A stretch of DNA of 64,000 nucleotides from Elsinoe ampelina (taxonomy: Eukaryota): contig ML992502.1 of the NCBI GenBank assembly GCA_010093995.1, positions 2,110,541 to 2,174,540 on the forward strand, written 5' to 3'. The translations under genes and the position numbers were made by a program. Below the pieces are notes generated by a model that had not been told where the DNA came from, did not search any database, and saw only the letters and a list, made by a program, of their open reading frames with translations. Positions 39,401-52,221 of this stretch are shown here, piece after piece; position 1 is the first letter of the stretch; every line of letters starts with the position of its first letter.

Positions 39401-41766
39401 ATGTCGCTATAATAGCCAACCTAGTTCGGTTAGTATAGTCTGCCTTTTATAACTTTATTTACACTTTTATAGCTCTTAATTACTATACGTAGCAATATAG
39501 ATAGTAATAACAAGGACTACTAGCAAGACTAGCGAGCGCTAGGGCGATTAGCGAGACTAGCGATTGCTAGGGCAATTAGTAAGACTAGTAATAGTTAAGA
39601 CATAGAGCAAGCTAGAAATACTAGAAACGCTAGAACTACTAGCGATTACTAGTAGTTCTAGCGTTTCTACGCCCTAGAATTTTCGTAACGCTGTCTATTT
39701 ATAGATGCCCTATAGTAGACAGTTTAGTAGTAATCTTTAAGATTTAGTAGAGCCTCTTCTACACGTTGCTAACGAACTAAGAGCTATAATCCGAGGTGAT
39801 ACTATCTAGTAGACTATATAGTTTCTACACGTAGAAGAATAATAGCTTAGTAGTCTTAAACGCTAAAGTACTACCTTCTCTAGAGAAGTATAGGATTAAG
39901 TACTATTCCTTAGATAGGTAGTTAACAACATAGAGTACTACGTTATAACTATCTACTAAGAGTAGACTAGTAATAAAGTCTATAGTAATATGTTGCTATA
40001 GTCTTACCGGAATAGGCAATAGAGAGAGGAGACTAGCTAGTAGGCCGTAGCGAGCCTTTGACTATTTATAGTTATAGTAGTTAGTAATAAACCTCTTTAC
40101 ATTACTATTGTATCTAGGAATATAGAAGGTAGTTTTAATTATAGTAGACATCTTAGTAGCTCCCCTATATACGTAGTCTTTTAATGTGTAAACCCCTTAG
40201 ATAACTTTTATAGCTATAGAGAAAGGCACGATTAATTAGCTATCGGCCTATAGTATTCTCTTCTTAATTATAACATTAGTCGATAGTAGCTATTTCCTCT
40301 TTAGGAAGGCCCCTATTATATAGTAAATGCCGCAAACTGTTTTAAAGTTAGAGTCTTATAAGTTAGCTTTAGCTACTTTATTAAACAATAGTAAAGTTTG
40401 CTCTCCTAAGGTCGAAATAGGTGCTATATAGGTGCCTAGCTTATAAGCCGAAATAGGCGGCGAACTAGTTCCTAAACTAGGTCCTAGTTCGGAAGCTAAA
40501 CTAGATAGTAGTATAGGTAGTAAACTAGATAATGAACTAGTTCTTAGTTTAGCTTAAGTTACAAATCTAGTTCGGATACGGCCTAGATTTAGTTCGTTAA
40601 TAATGCACTAATCGAGCACTTTATATAGTAATAGCGTCTAGCATAAGTTAAGGTCCTCCTTCGAGCGTAGTATGTCTCTATTCCTCCTTATAAGAGCGTT
40701 AGCTTTACCGTTAGCTACGCTAGGCCTATATATAATTTTAAAGTTAAACTACGTAAGGTAAAGAGCCTAGCGTACTTAGCGGCGTAATAGCTTCTAAGTC
40801 TTTATAAAGTGCATTAAGGATTAGTAGTTAATAAGGACATAGATAGCCTTATCGGATTAAGTACTTATAAGCTTAGAGGCCTACTCTTTAAAGGCTTAGA
40901 CGATAGCTAGTAGCTCCTTGTCGTAGATAGCGTAGTTATACTTAGCTTTGTTTATAGACTTACTAAAAAAGGTAATAGGCTAGAGAATGTTAGACTTATT
41001 ATATTATAATAGAATTCCCGCAGTAGTAGTGTTAGAAGCGTTAGTCTTAAGAACTATCTACTTTAAGTAATTAAAATACGTAAGGATAGACACACTTATA
41101 ATAGTGTACTTTATACAGTTAAAGGTAGTAGTGTATTTATCGTTCTATAGCGTAGTATCCTTCTTAAGCAGGTCGTTTAATAGCTTAGCGATAGTACTAA
41201 ATCCCTTAATAAAGTAGTAATAGTAGCTATAGAAACTAATAAAGCTTCTTACCTAAGTAGTATTACTAGGAGCTAGCTATTTCTAGGCTTATATAGCTTC
41301 TATCTTCTTTAGATCTATTTTAACTTTATCTTAGCTAATAATAATACTAAGATACTTTACCTCTGTTAGGTAGAACTTACTCTTCTTAATATTAGTATTT
41401 AGGCCTAATTCGTAGAGCCTCTAGAGCACTAGCTTAATATACTTAGCATGCTCTTAGTAGAAGCCGTTCGTGTAGATAAGGATATTATCTAGGTAGATCG
41501 ACACGAAGCGCTTTAGTATATTAACGAAGTTGTAATTTATAAACCTCTACTAGACTATAGAGGCATTAGTAAGGCCGAATAGCATTACTAGCTACTTAAA
41601 GTTACCTATACGTGTAGAGAATATAGTAAGATCTTTACTATCGATAGAGTTATAGAGATAGTAGAAGGCTTAATAGATGTTAATCTTACTAAACTATTTA
41701 GCCTTACTTACGCGCGTAAGTGTTTCTTTAATAAGGGGTAGAGGATAGATGTCTCGCTTAGTTACC

Positions 41767-44700
41767 TATTACGAACTGTCTAAATATAGTCTACGCTAGT
41801 AGTCTAAGCTAAGCTAAGAACGAGGTAGTTCTACTTCTATAGTAGTATAGTACTAAGGTAAGAGTTAGAGAAGATATATCTTATAGATAATAAAGTATAA
41901 TTAGAAAGTATTATAAAGGCTAGCCTTAGTAATACTAGTGTTCGCTATCTAAACTAGGGTAACTATAGTACTTATATAAGGTAAGAACTATTCCTATATA
42001 TATATATTCTTTACTATGTACTCTATATACTCTATATACTCTATAGTAAGAGTTAGGAGTAATATAGAGTACTTATCTACTAGTAACCTATACGCTCTAT
42101 AGTTTCTAGAGTAGAGCTACTAGGGAAGATAGAGAACTAGGTAAATATTAGGCTAGGTTACGTAATAACCTTAGTAGTTTAATTAGTCCTAATGTCTCTA
42201 TACTCTAGCTATTCTACTAGTTTGTAACATTACTCTCCTTCTTTAATTAAGTTATCCTAATAAGTAAGTATTCTTTCTTGTCCTTATATACTATATACTA
42301 AATATGCCTCCTAGTTGTCGAAGATATAGTAAATCTAGTATATCTATATAAAAGAACCTCTCGGAGTTTATTAAGTTATTTAGAACTAATATGCTATAAG
42401 CTTACTCTTGTTATAAGTTAAAAGGGCTAGACTATAAAGTCTATATTTAGTCGGGTATTTATAGCTAGTATATTATAAGTAACTACTTAGGTTATAATAT
42501 TTAAGTAACAAAATTAGAATAGTAGCGTCTCTAGTCTAAGTATATTTATTTACGAAAGGAATTAGTTATAGCTAAGGCTACTAGAAAAAAAGCTAAAGAA
42601 GCTTATAAAAAGGCAAAAGAGACTTATTAAAGAGCTATAGGTAATAAGCTTTACCTATATAAAGAGATATAGAAATTAGAGAATAAAGTAAAGAAAGTAA
42701 TTTCTCTAGAGGAAACCTGTATTTAAGTTCTAGAGCAAGAAGAAATACTATTATTAGTAAATCTTATTCTCCTATAGGATTAGTAATTATTTATGCCTAA
42801 CTCTAATTAGAGTTCCTTATTTAGTAACAATTAAAGTACTTCTATCGGCTAAGTAGTTTTCCTTAGGTATTCTTATTTTTGTTTAGTATTAGTAGTATTA
42901 GGCCTATCTAGTTAGTTTACTTAGGATAGGTTTTTAGTCTAGTAATCTAGAATTACTTATAAGGTAAAGTGTTCCTCTAGTTCCTATATTGCCTTACTAT
43001 ACTAATGTCCTTTCTAGTAGATAAGATAGTAACGCTTTTCCTTTATAAATTTATAACGTAAAACTCTTTTAATCTTATACTATAGCTCCTATATCTCTTT
43101 ATCTAGTTTAATAGGTCCGGGTATAGCGTTCTATAGTGCTTTCTCTAGTAGAGATATATAAAAGACTAGATAGATCCTTATATGCCTTAGTAGCTCTAGT
43201 TTATATACGTTTTTGTTTTTCTTTTCTAGGATCTTAAAAGGTTCTAGCTTAGTATAGTCTAGTTTCTTACTTAGTCTCTTAGTCTTAATATTCTTACTAA
43301 GGAGATAAACTTTCTCTCTCTCCTTTAGAATTAGTCTCTTAATTCTCTTCTAGTTAGTAAATTTAGCTATTCTTTATAATATAAATACTATATTATAGTA
43401 TAGCTAGTTATATAGTTTCTTAATATTAGCTACTAGTATATTTATATCTTTAGATATTAGCTTAATCCTAAGTATATTATAGTATAAATCTAGGTATATA
43501 CTATAATTAGTATAGAATAGTAATACTCTATTTACTAACTTTCTATTGTTAATAGCGAGTTTAGCTAGTAGAAGTAATAATACCTATAAGTCTTATTTAT
43601 AGTTAAGGTAACACTATAAGTATTATTCTAGTATTTAATTAGCTTACTCTATCTATCTATCTATTTATAGGTAGAAAGATATTAATAGCTTATATTTAAC
43701 TTCTAATAGGTCTATAAATAACTACTAATATTATAATATAAATAGTTTATCCCTGTTAGTAATTAGATCTTATAGTACTCTATACTATAAAACAATTATT
43801 CGGAGAAAGGCGAAGGCTATATCCTCTATAGTTGCTATTATTTTATATAGTATAAAGTAGTAATACTTTATAAACCTATCTACTAGGACTAGAATGCTAT
43901 TATACTTTATACTTATAAAAGGTTCTTCTAATAGTAGTAGAGGTCCTATAAAGTCTATCGTAACTAATTACTATAGTTTGTCTAGTGGTAGTAAGACTTA
44001 TAATAGGCTATATAGCTTATATTATAAGTGCCTAGACTTATAGTATATATTATATATAGTAATATATGTCTTAATATTGTTTTAGAGTTCTTTCTAGAGG
44101 TAGTTTTATATAATAAGTTTAATAGTCTTATTAATCCCGCTATGTCCTACTATTAGGTTATTATAGTATATTTAAATAACTTCTTATTTCTGTTCTTACG
44201 TAAGCTCCTAGGTAAGGCTATATAACTACTCTACCTTCGGGTGCTTATAGACTAAAGTGCTATTTTACTACTTTAGTATAGAGGCCTTTATAATTGTTAT
44301 ATTCTTTAAGTAATTTAGCTATCGGCTAAGAGTATTTACTTTACTATTCTCTAATTCCTTAATATAGTAGATCTAAAAGTTATAGCTTATAAGTGTTTCT
44401 AACTATTAAACCTATTATCTATTAAGAACCTTAGTTATTATCTAATATAATAGGTTCTTATAGTTAATATAGACTTATATAGGTAAGGTTATTCCTTCTA
44501 GGTATACCCTCTACTTATAGAATACTTTTATAATTGTAAGTAACTTCTTATTATATATATTATAGTTAAGTTTAGGTCTAGTCATTTTTCGTAAGTAATA
44601 TATAATTAGATAGTGTTATTCTTCTATATCCTTCTACGCTAGACATGCTTCTATTATAAAGTCTAAGACATTTATCTCTAGTAGTGCTTATTAGTCTAGG

Positions 44701-47700
44701 TTAAAGAGTACTAGGATAAGTACTATTATAAGTCTAAGCTTTAGCTCCTTAAAGGCCTACCTATATCTCTTATTAAAGATAAAGCTAGTTTTCTTTTTTG
44801 TAAGGTTAGATATTAGTATAGCTACTTTAGAGAACCTCTTAACAAACTTATAGTAGTAGTTAAAGAATCCTAGTAGTGCTTAAACCTCCTTAACTATAGT
44901 AGGTTCCGGCTAGTTATTTACTAACTTAATCTTCTTCGGATCGGGTCTAATACTATTAGTAGATATAATATAGCTTAGAAATTATATCTTATATTTATAA
45001 AACTTATACTTAGAGAGCTTTACTAGTAGGTCTTTTTCTTTTAGTTTCTATAGTACCTTATAAATATGTCTTATATATTTATTATACGTCTTTAAGAAGA
45101 TAATAATATTATCTAAATATACTAAGATAAAGTTATTAAGGTATTCTTATAGAGTATTATTAATTAACTCTTAGAAGGTTATAGGAGTATTAGTTAACCT
45201 AAAGAGTATAATAAGGTACTTATATAAACTCTATTATATCCTAAAAGCTGTTTTTTACTCCTTACTCTCCTTTATTTATACTTAATAATAAGCGTCCCTA
45301 ATATTAATTATAGTAAACTATTTAGCTCTAAGTAGTTAGTCTTAAAGTTTATTAATCCTTAGTAGGGGATAGTAATTCTTCCTAGTAAGTATATTAAGTT
45401 TCTAGTAATTAATATATATTTATAATATTCTATCCTTTTTAGGTATAAAAAGCACTCTATACGTAATAGGTAATTTTAATAGTTATATAAATCCTTTAAG
45501 TAAGTACTTATTAATATAGTTCTTAAGGACATTCTCTTCTTATTTTAATAGTAGTATAAGACCTTAATAGTATATTAGGGATTTACTCTCTTTAAAGAGT
45601 ATTTTATAATTCTATAGTTTATATTAGAGTAAGGCTATAATACCTTTTCTTTCTTTAAATAAGTCCTTAAAGTCTTTATATTCTAGTAGAAGTACTTAAT
45701 TACTTACGCTAGTAATAGCTCTAACTATTAGTTATACCTATACTATCCTTATAGTTAGTATCTATAGAGCTAATTATACTCTCTACGTCCTATAATTACA
45801 CTTAGGGAATTTAAGTGTTTCTTTAATCTAGTCTACGTCTGGATTATATTATTAAAGCTAGTCTATGCTAAGTACTATATTATACTATATATCTACTATA
45901 TTAATTAATTGTTTTTCTATATATGTTTTAATTTTAATTATAATATTTTATAGTTCTTAAGTAACTTTCCTATTCTTTCCTATAGGGATTCTATCTACTA
46001 TAGTAAGTAGGTAAGGTAACTCCTTCTAGTATTAATAAGGTTTAAGCTAATTAGCAACTATTATAGAGACGTAGCTATAGTTAGCTCTTAAATCTATTAT
46101 TGCTCTTACCTTATTTCCTTATATCTAGACTTCTAGTATAAAGTAATTTAACATATAGATCTTTATTATATTAAGGCTTTAGCTAGTATTATTGTCTTAC
46201 CTTATTAGGTAATAACTAGCTAGTTTTTTATTATTGTAGCTCCTTAGATAAGTAGCTAATCCCTTCCTATACGTATCTACTATTAGTACTATATCTATTA
46301 GGCAAGTTATGTTTTGTTATTGTTTAATATAGCAAGGTAAACTTCTAGCGCCTAAGTCCCTTAGTAACTATAAAGTCTAATAATTCTCTACTAGTTATAC
46401 TAAGTAGTGTCGTATACTTATATTAGTATAACTATTCCTTCTAGGTATAGCTAGGTATTAGTATTAAAGATAAAAGTAAGTTATATAGATTTGTCTTATT
46501 ATGTCCTATTCTAGTAGTAGGTATATATTATTATATAATTCCTCTATATCTCTATAAGGTATACTTTAAGTTATCTGCCTAGTAGTAGTATATTGTCGTT
46601 GTTAGATAAGTTCTTATTTATATTATTATACTATAGTTATTTAGTGTATTTTTTGTTATATTTCTCTTCGTCGCTACTACCTCTAGTATAGTTATAGTTA
46701 GTAAGGCTATACTAAGTATACTCTTGTACTTAGCTATAGGAAATAGTACTACCTATTTTAAATACTAAGAAGTCTATAGTATATTTAAGACTAATAGTGT
46801 CTTCTCTAAGTATATTATATAAGTAGATAGTATAGTACTATTTATAATCTAGATTTATACATTTCTAGAGCGATATATAATATACCTTTCCTTATAGTTC
46901 GCTATAAGAGCTAAAGGTAAAGTTACTATATTATTATATAGTACTTATGTCCTAATACTTCGTTTTAATAATTATATATTAGTAGTTGTTACTAACTATC
47001 TTCTAAGGTTAGTCAATATTACTACTAATTATAGAGAGCTTTTCTAGGTTAAACTTCTAGTCTAGCTATTTCGTTAGTTACTTACGTTTAGATAGCTTAT
47101 ATAGAAACTAACTAGATCCTTGCTTATCTAATAAGTAAATATAATAAGAGTTATTATAACATACTATCTATAATAGCGTTATATAATAGCTTTATTGTTT
47201 ATTATTAGTTATAGAGATATTAAGTATAACATCTAGAGAGAGTTCTATTATCTCTTAAGTTATTATAGACTTCTTCTATATTTTCTTACCTACGCTAAAG
47301 GTTATTAGGTCTTCTATAGTAGTATTAGCCTTTTTCTCTACTAGCCTAGTAACTATTATATATAATCTATTAGCTAGCGCCCCTTATCGGTAGTTCCTAG
47401 CTTAATATCTAAGTCTTTTATATTTAAAATATAGATTGTCTTATCTATACTTCTCTCTCTCTTTTCTACTAAGGAACTTTCCTCTATAGCCTTAGCCTTA
47501 TACCTATAAGAGGCAACCTTTGTATATAGCGTTAAGTTCTATAGAGTCTCTATAGTTTCGAGAGAAACGCGTATATCTAGTATTTACCTTATATTCTCTA
47601 TAACGTTCTATGTGTCGTTTATAGAGTTAGTTATTAATAGTAATTATAGTGTCTACTAGTTCTTATAGACTATTAGGTAGCTTAGGTATTATCTAGTCTT

Positions 47701-48781
47701 TAACTAAGTCGCTTAGTCCTTAGTAGAATACTAAATATTTAGTACTATTATTCTAGTCTAGGTGTATTACGAGTTATTAGAACTAGGAATAGTACTAGGC
47801 TATAGACCTATATTATTGTAGTTATTAAATCTTTGTTATAGTAATATACTTCTTATTAGATATATTAAAGACTTGCCTAATCTTTGCCTAGAAGATACTA
47901 AAGCTCTTAAAGATAGCCTTTATATCTAGGCTTAGTTATCTATCTAGGTAGCTACTTATAGAAGCCTTAAACTACCTAAAGGTAGCGCCTTTAAGGTGTA
48001 TCCTAACATAGAGGACCTTTACTATGTCGTTAGTATACTTATCTCTCTCTAGAGTAAAGAAGGCCTTAAGTTAAACAAGGAAGTGCCTTAAGTAAGTATA
48101 GTCCCTATAGAAGAGTTCTACTTCTAACTTAGGCCTACTCTATCCTTCCCCTATACTAAGAGACCTTCTATATTTACCTAAGGTTAAACTAGTAGTAGAC
48201 ATATTATTAATAGTAAGCTTTCTTAGCTTACTAGTAATTAAAGATACTAATAGTAACTTAGAGTAAGAGTTACTTATTAACCTTGTAGCGTGCTATGCTA
48301 TAGTAAGGATAGTTAAAGTGTTATAAACCGTCTAAATATAGTCTATACTAGTAGTCTAAGCTAAGCTAAGAATAAGGTAGTTCTACTTCTATAGTAGTAT
48401 AGCACTAAGATAAGAGTTAGAGAAGGTATGTCTTATAGATAATAAAGTACAATTAGATAGTATTATAAAGGCTAGCCTTAATAATACTAGTATTTACTAT
48501 CTAGACTAGAGTAACTATAGTACTTATATAAGGTAAGAACTATTCTTATATATATATATTCTTTACTATGTACTTTATATACTCTATATACTCTATAGCG
48601 AGAGTTAAGAGTAATATAGAGTACTTATCTACTAGTAACCTATATACTCTATAGTTTCTAGAGTAGAGCTACTAAGGAAGATAGAGAACTAAGTAAATAT
48701 TAGGCTAGGTCACGTAATAACCTTAGTAGTTTAATTAGTTCTAACGTCTCTATACTCTAGCTGTCCTACTAGTTCGTAATA
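41767..48781 (-). mobile_element. Gypsy (chromovirus-type) family B, 7015 bp, inserted in the RT of A1
   Basis: 463-bp LTRs at 41767-42229 and 48319-48781 (TGTTA...TAACA type ends). TSD TTACC at 41762-41766 and 48782-48786. PPT at 42230-42246. RT YLDD (~45120-45108) and chromodomain LIHWKG....ATWEPEEH (~43030-42965) on the minus strand. Confidence 0.95.
42304..42834 (+). pseudogene. Antisense accessory ORF of Gypsy B: six-Cys Zn-cluster-like motif plus coiled coil
   Basis: ATG at 42304 and one frame with only RIP-type stops. De-RIP: MPPSRRR...MPQACSRCKSKGLDCKVHIQSGICGQCIVSNHSGCDIQVTKSEWQRLQSERIRLRKEL..KKAEEAHEKAKE..LRLRKEMQKLE..LEQEE. 3' end uncertain. Confidence 0.7.
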
Positions 48782-51711
48782 TTACCTTATTAAGGCTATA
48801 GTAGTTAACGTAGAGATAGAGTTCTCCGCCTAGCTTATAAATAAAGAGAATAGGTAAGGAATAGCTAGCGGAACTTAGTATAATAAAGCCTTTATTAAGA
48901 TATTCTTAGATAAATTATTCTACTATATTAAGTTCTTCTAGCGATAGGCGGCGTAAAAGCTCTATACGTAGTAGCTTAGCGCTATCTTTAAGTATAATAT
49001 AGTTATTAAAATCCGGCCGATGCTAAGGGAGCGTATTAAATTATTCTTTAGAGAAGACATTAGTAAACTCCTATAACTCCTCTAGGAGAACTACTATAGA
49101 ATCTAGTTCTAGCTCGGAGGCTATCTAGTAGTAGTCTTTAATATTCTTTACTAAGATTATAAACACCTTATTCTCTTAGTATTTAGCTACTAATATAAAG
49201 GCAGCTATACTAATAAAGGCAATAGTTAGCTCTTCTTATTTAGCGTTACTTACGTAGGTAGGTACATAGGAGAACTTATGTATTAACTAAGTACTATAGG
49301 AGATTAGCTTAAACTCTCCCTAATTTAGCTTAAAGTTTAACCTAAGAGCTAGCAGCTAATATAGTCTAGTTTGTCCTAACTTAGTAGCCGAGCTAGAATC
49401 TAGTTAGCGAGCTAAACTAGAACTAAACTAGTTCTAAACTAGAATAGGGATTTTACTAAGCTAGATTTCTAGATCTAAGCCTAGCTTAGATCTAGATCCT
49501 AGCCTTTTAATTAGCTACGGTAGCTCCTACTTAATAACAACTAGTAAAAACTCTTCTTTATACGTAACTTAGCTATACTTATAGTCGATAGTAGCCCTAT
49601 TAGCCTTAAGCTAACTAAGGCCAAGAATAATGTTAAAACGGCTAATATCTATAATACGGAAAGTAGTAAGAGTATTTAGCTTACTAGAGACAGTAGTAGT
49701 AAGGGGGACACTATATGTAACTTGTTCTATTAGAACGCTATTATAAGCTTAAAGCTAAATAGGGCTAGCTAACGCTACAGGGCAGCTAAAGCTCTTTAGC
49801 TTATTAAGAATATTATAATTAACTACGGCGCTAATAAGCGCACTAGTGTCGATAAAGACTTAGAGCATAATAGTGTAAGAGCAGTTATAAGGGTCGTAAA
49901 TAGTAATAGGAGTTATAATAGCAGGGATATAGTAGCTAACAATGCTATTTATTAAACGTATACCTCCTCTAGATTTATCTCGAATTGCCCTTATTCCGCT
50001 AGAGAATAGAACTTGTCCTCTAGCTACTTGTTTCTCTAGCTAGAGAAACTAGTAGGTTTATAGTCCATTTCGGGGTCGAACTAAGGCTAAACTAGATCTA
50101 GTTTATAAGCCGAACTAGTATTGACTTAGTTGCTTAACTCGGCTAAGCGATCCTAGAGCTACTATATTTCTTCTATAGCACTAATACGTGCGAGGCGTAT
50201 AGTAGCGTAGGTAGCCTTCTCTAAGGTGCTAGCTATACACTTAGTAGAGATATAGCTAGGCTTGCCGCATATATAATAGGTAAGTGTCTAAGTTAGATAG
50301 AAAGGCTATAGAGCGCCTCTAGTAATAAGGCAAAAGGTAGCTAAAGTAGTAGATATAGAAGTAGAATAAGGTACGCGAATTAGTGCCGTAGTAGCGTAGC
50401 TTATAGCTAGACTAGAGTATAAGGCTTAAGTACGCTTAGTGATAAGGTTACTCTATTAGATGTTATAGTTAGTAGCGTAGGCCTTTCTAATAAAAGTAGT
50501 AAGGTTATTAGTATTAAAGTTAATAAGGGCGATATATAGTTTATTAGATATCTTCTAATAGATCTAGTATAGCTACTCCTCCTTAGCAATCTTAGCGTAA
50601 AGGGCATACTTATTAAACTTGCTAATAAAGGAGTTAAACGTACTATTATACTAGAAGAGGTTAATAAACTAAGTACGTATAGTAGCTCTATAGTTAGGAT
50701 CCTCGAAGCGCTAGGCTAGAAGAGTAAGGACCTCTTTAACGCTAATAACGTTGTTACTAGCTAAGTCTATAATAAGGGTATAGGCTTCTCTAGAGAGGCG
50801 TAAGTATAGATAGGTAAACTAAGTGGCCTCGGTAAGGAAGTAGTTAGTGTTAGTGTATATCTTATTCTTTATCTAATATTTAAAGACCTTAAACTATTCT
50901 AGAGTACTACTAGAGAAGATAGCGAGGTCTAGTATCTTCTCTAATAATATAACGCCGCGTGTAGAAGGAGCTAGTATAGCGTATCCTATCTCGGCTCTTA
51001 GCTAAGCTAGTTCGGTTTTAAGTTTACTAATGTTAGTAAGGTAGCGCGTAGCCTAGGTAGTAAGATTGTTAGTAGTACTATTAGCTGTATCTAGTTTAAT
51101 AAGGACGTTATCTAACTAGTTATATAGATCGAGAGTATTAGTATATACTAAGTTATATATAGTAACCTATTTATTATAGGTAGACTCGATAAAGGTAAAG
51201 GCCTTACATAGAGTAATTATACTATTTAACTCTTATAATCTCTTCTTTAGGTTAGAGTTATTAAGGCAGATAAGGTCGTAATAGAATAACTAGATAGGTT
51301 TATTATTGTTATTAGTAGAGGATAGAGGGATCTTACTTACGTAATAGTCGTCGTTACTATAGTTAGAGCGAGCTATACTTAGTATAGTTAGTTGTAAATA
51401 GAATAGTATAAAAAGTTAGCGCGTAATAAAGGGAATATTAAAATCTTTAGCTAGTAGCCTACTTTCTTTAAGAGTCGTCTATAACTTAACTTATTATCTT
51501 CTTCTTATATTTGTAGTTTATAGTATTAACCTATATAGTAGTAGCAAGGATCTATTATAGTGTACGTAAGAACTATAGTTATAATAGCTTCTTCTTTAAT
51601 TCTTTAATTCTTTATAAGTAGTAGTTATTAGTAGTTACGTAAGTAGTAGAATAACTAGATAATTTAATAGCTCTATTACTTAGTTATAGTTATTATAAAG
51701 TCTCGATATAG

Positions 51712-51914
51712 TAATTACAACTAGTAAGATAAGAGGTTAATTATGTCTATTTATTAAGATATTAAGACTTAGAAGAAGAAGAAGAAAAGCTAGTATATAA
51801 AGCACATATAATATCGAGGGTAGAGTAGCTAGAAGCCTAGGCTATAATACTAAGATTACGTAACTAATCTAAACTAGATCCTAACTAAATCTAGTTTATA
51901 TCTATCTCGCATTA
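51712..51914 (-). repeat. 5' LTR of Gypsy A1
   Basis: Matches the other family A LTRs and is followed by TSD GAAAA. Confidence 0.93.
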
Positions 51915-52221
51915 GAAAAGGCTACTACTATAAGTGTAATAAAGGAAGGAGAAATTATAAAGAGGCTAGTTAGATACTTATATCTCTTTAATTAAGACTT
52001 ATAAGCTAGTCTATTTATATAAATAATAGCTGCTAGGCTATTGTTAATAGTTACTATTGTTGCTAGCAATTATAAGCTAAACTAATAGTGAATTCTTACT
52101 AATAATTAGCTAACACTAACAATTATAAGCAATTATAAAGAGATAAAGTAATAAGCTAATTACTTTACTTATATATAACAGGACAGTTCTCTAGCTTTAA
52201 CAATCTATACTAGAGGGGGAG

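Larger units (their letters stand above)
3905..39690. mobile_element. Large Plavaka/CACTA-like TIR DNA transposon (~15 kb net) with cargo genes
   Basis: Left end CGTCACGAAAATCC..CTAGAAAGCTAGAACTACTAG matches the reverse complement of the right end (CGTTACGAAAATTC..GTAGAAACGCTAGAACTACTAG). Short subterminal repeats at both ends. 2-bp TSD CC (3903-3904) / CT (39691-39692, one RIP change). It splits the A1 integrase inside the HPQTDGQSE motif and encodes a Plavaka-type transposase. Confidence 0.85.
2862..51914 (-). mobile_element. Gypsy (chromovirus-type) family A, copy A1, expanded to 49 kb by nested insertions
   Basis: 203-bp LTRs at 2862-3064 and 51712-51914. TSD GAAAA at 2857-2861 and 51915-51919. 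PPT next to the left LTR. Internal pieces 3065-3904, 39691-41766 and 48782-51711 are colinear with copies A2/A3. Net length after removing insertions is ~6.25 kb, matching A2 (6233 bp) and A3 (6265 bp). Confidence 0.93.

Noticed and set aside
39515..39660. CRISPR-like repeat array
   Set aside because: Irregular short subterminal repeats of a DNA transposon in eukaryotic DNA, with no repeat-spacer periodicity.
3905..39690. Starship element
   Set aside because: No tyrosine-recombinase captain was recognised; the TIRs, 2-bp TSD and Plavaka-type motifs indicate a DDE element.
1579..50607. Short ORFs in the AT-rich block (1579, 17603, 19958, 24640, 50407), and likewise 62711
   Set aside because: Leu/Ile/Ser/Tyr-rich chance frames in RIP-mutated TE DNA, or residual open stretches of TE genes; not functional genes.
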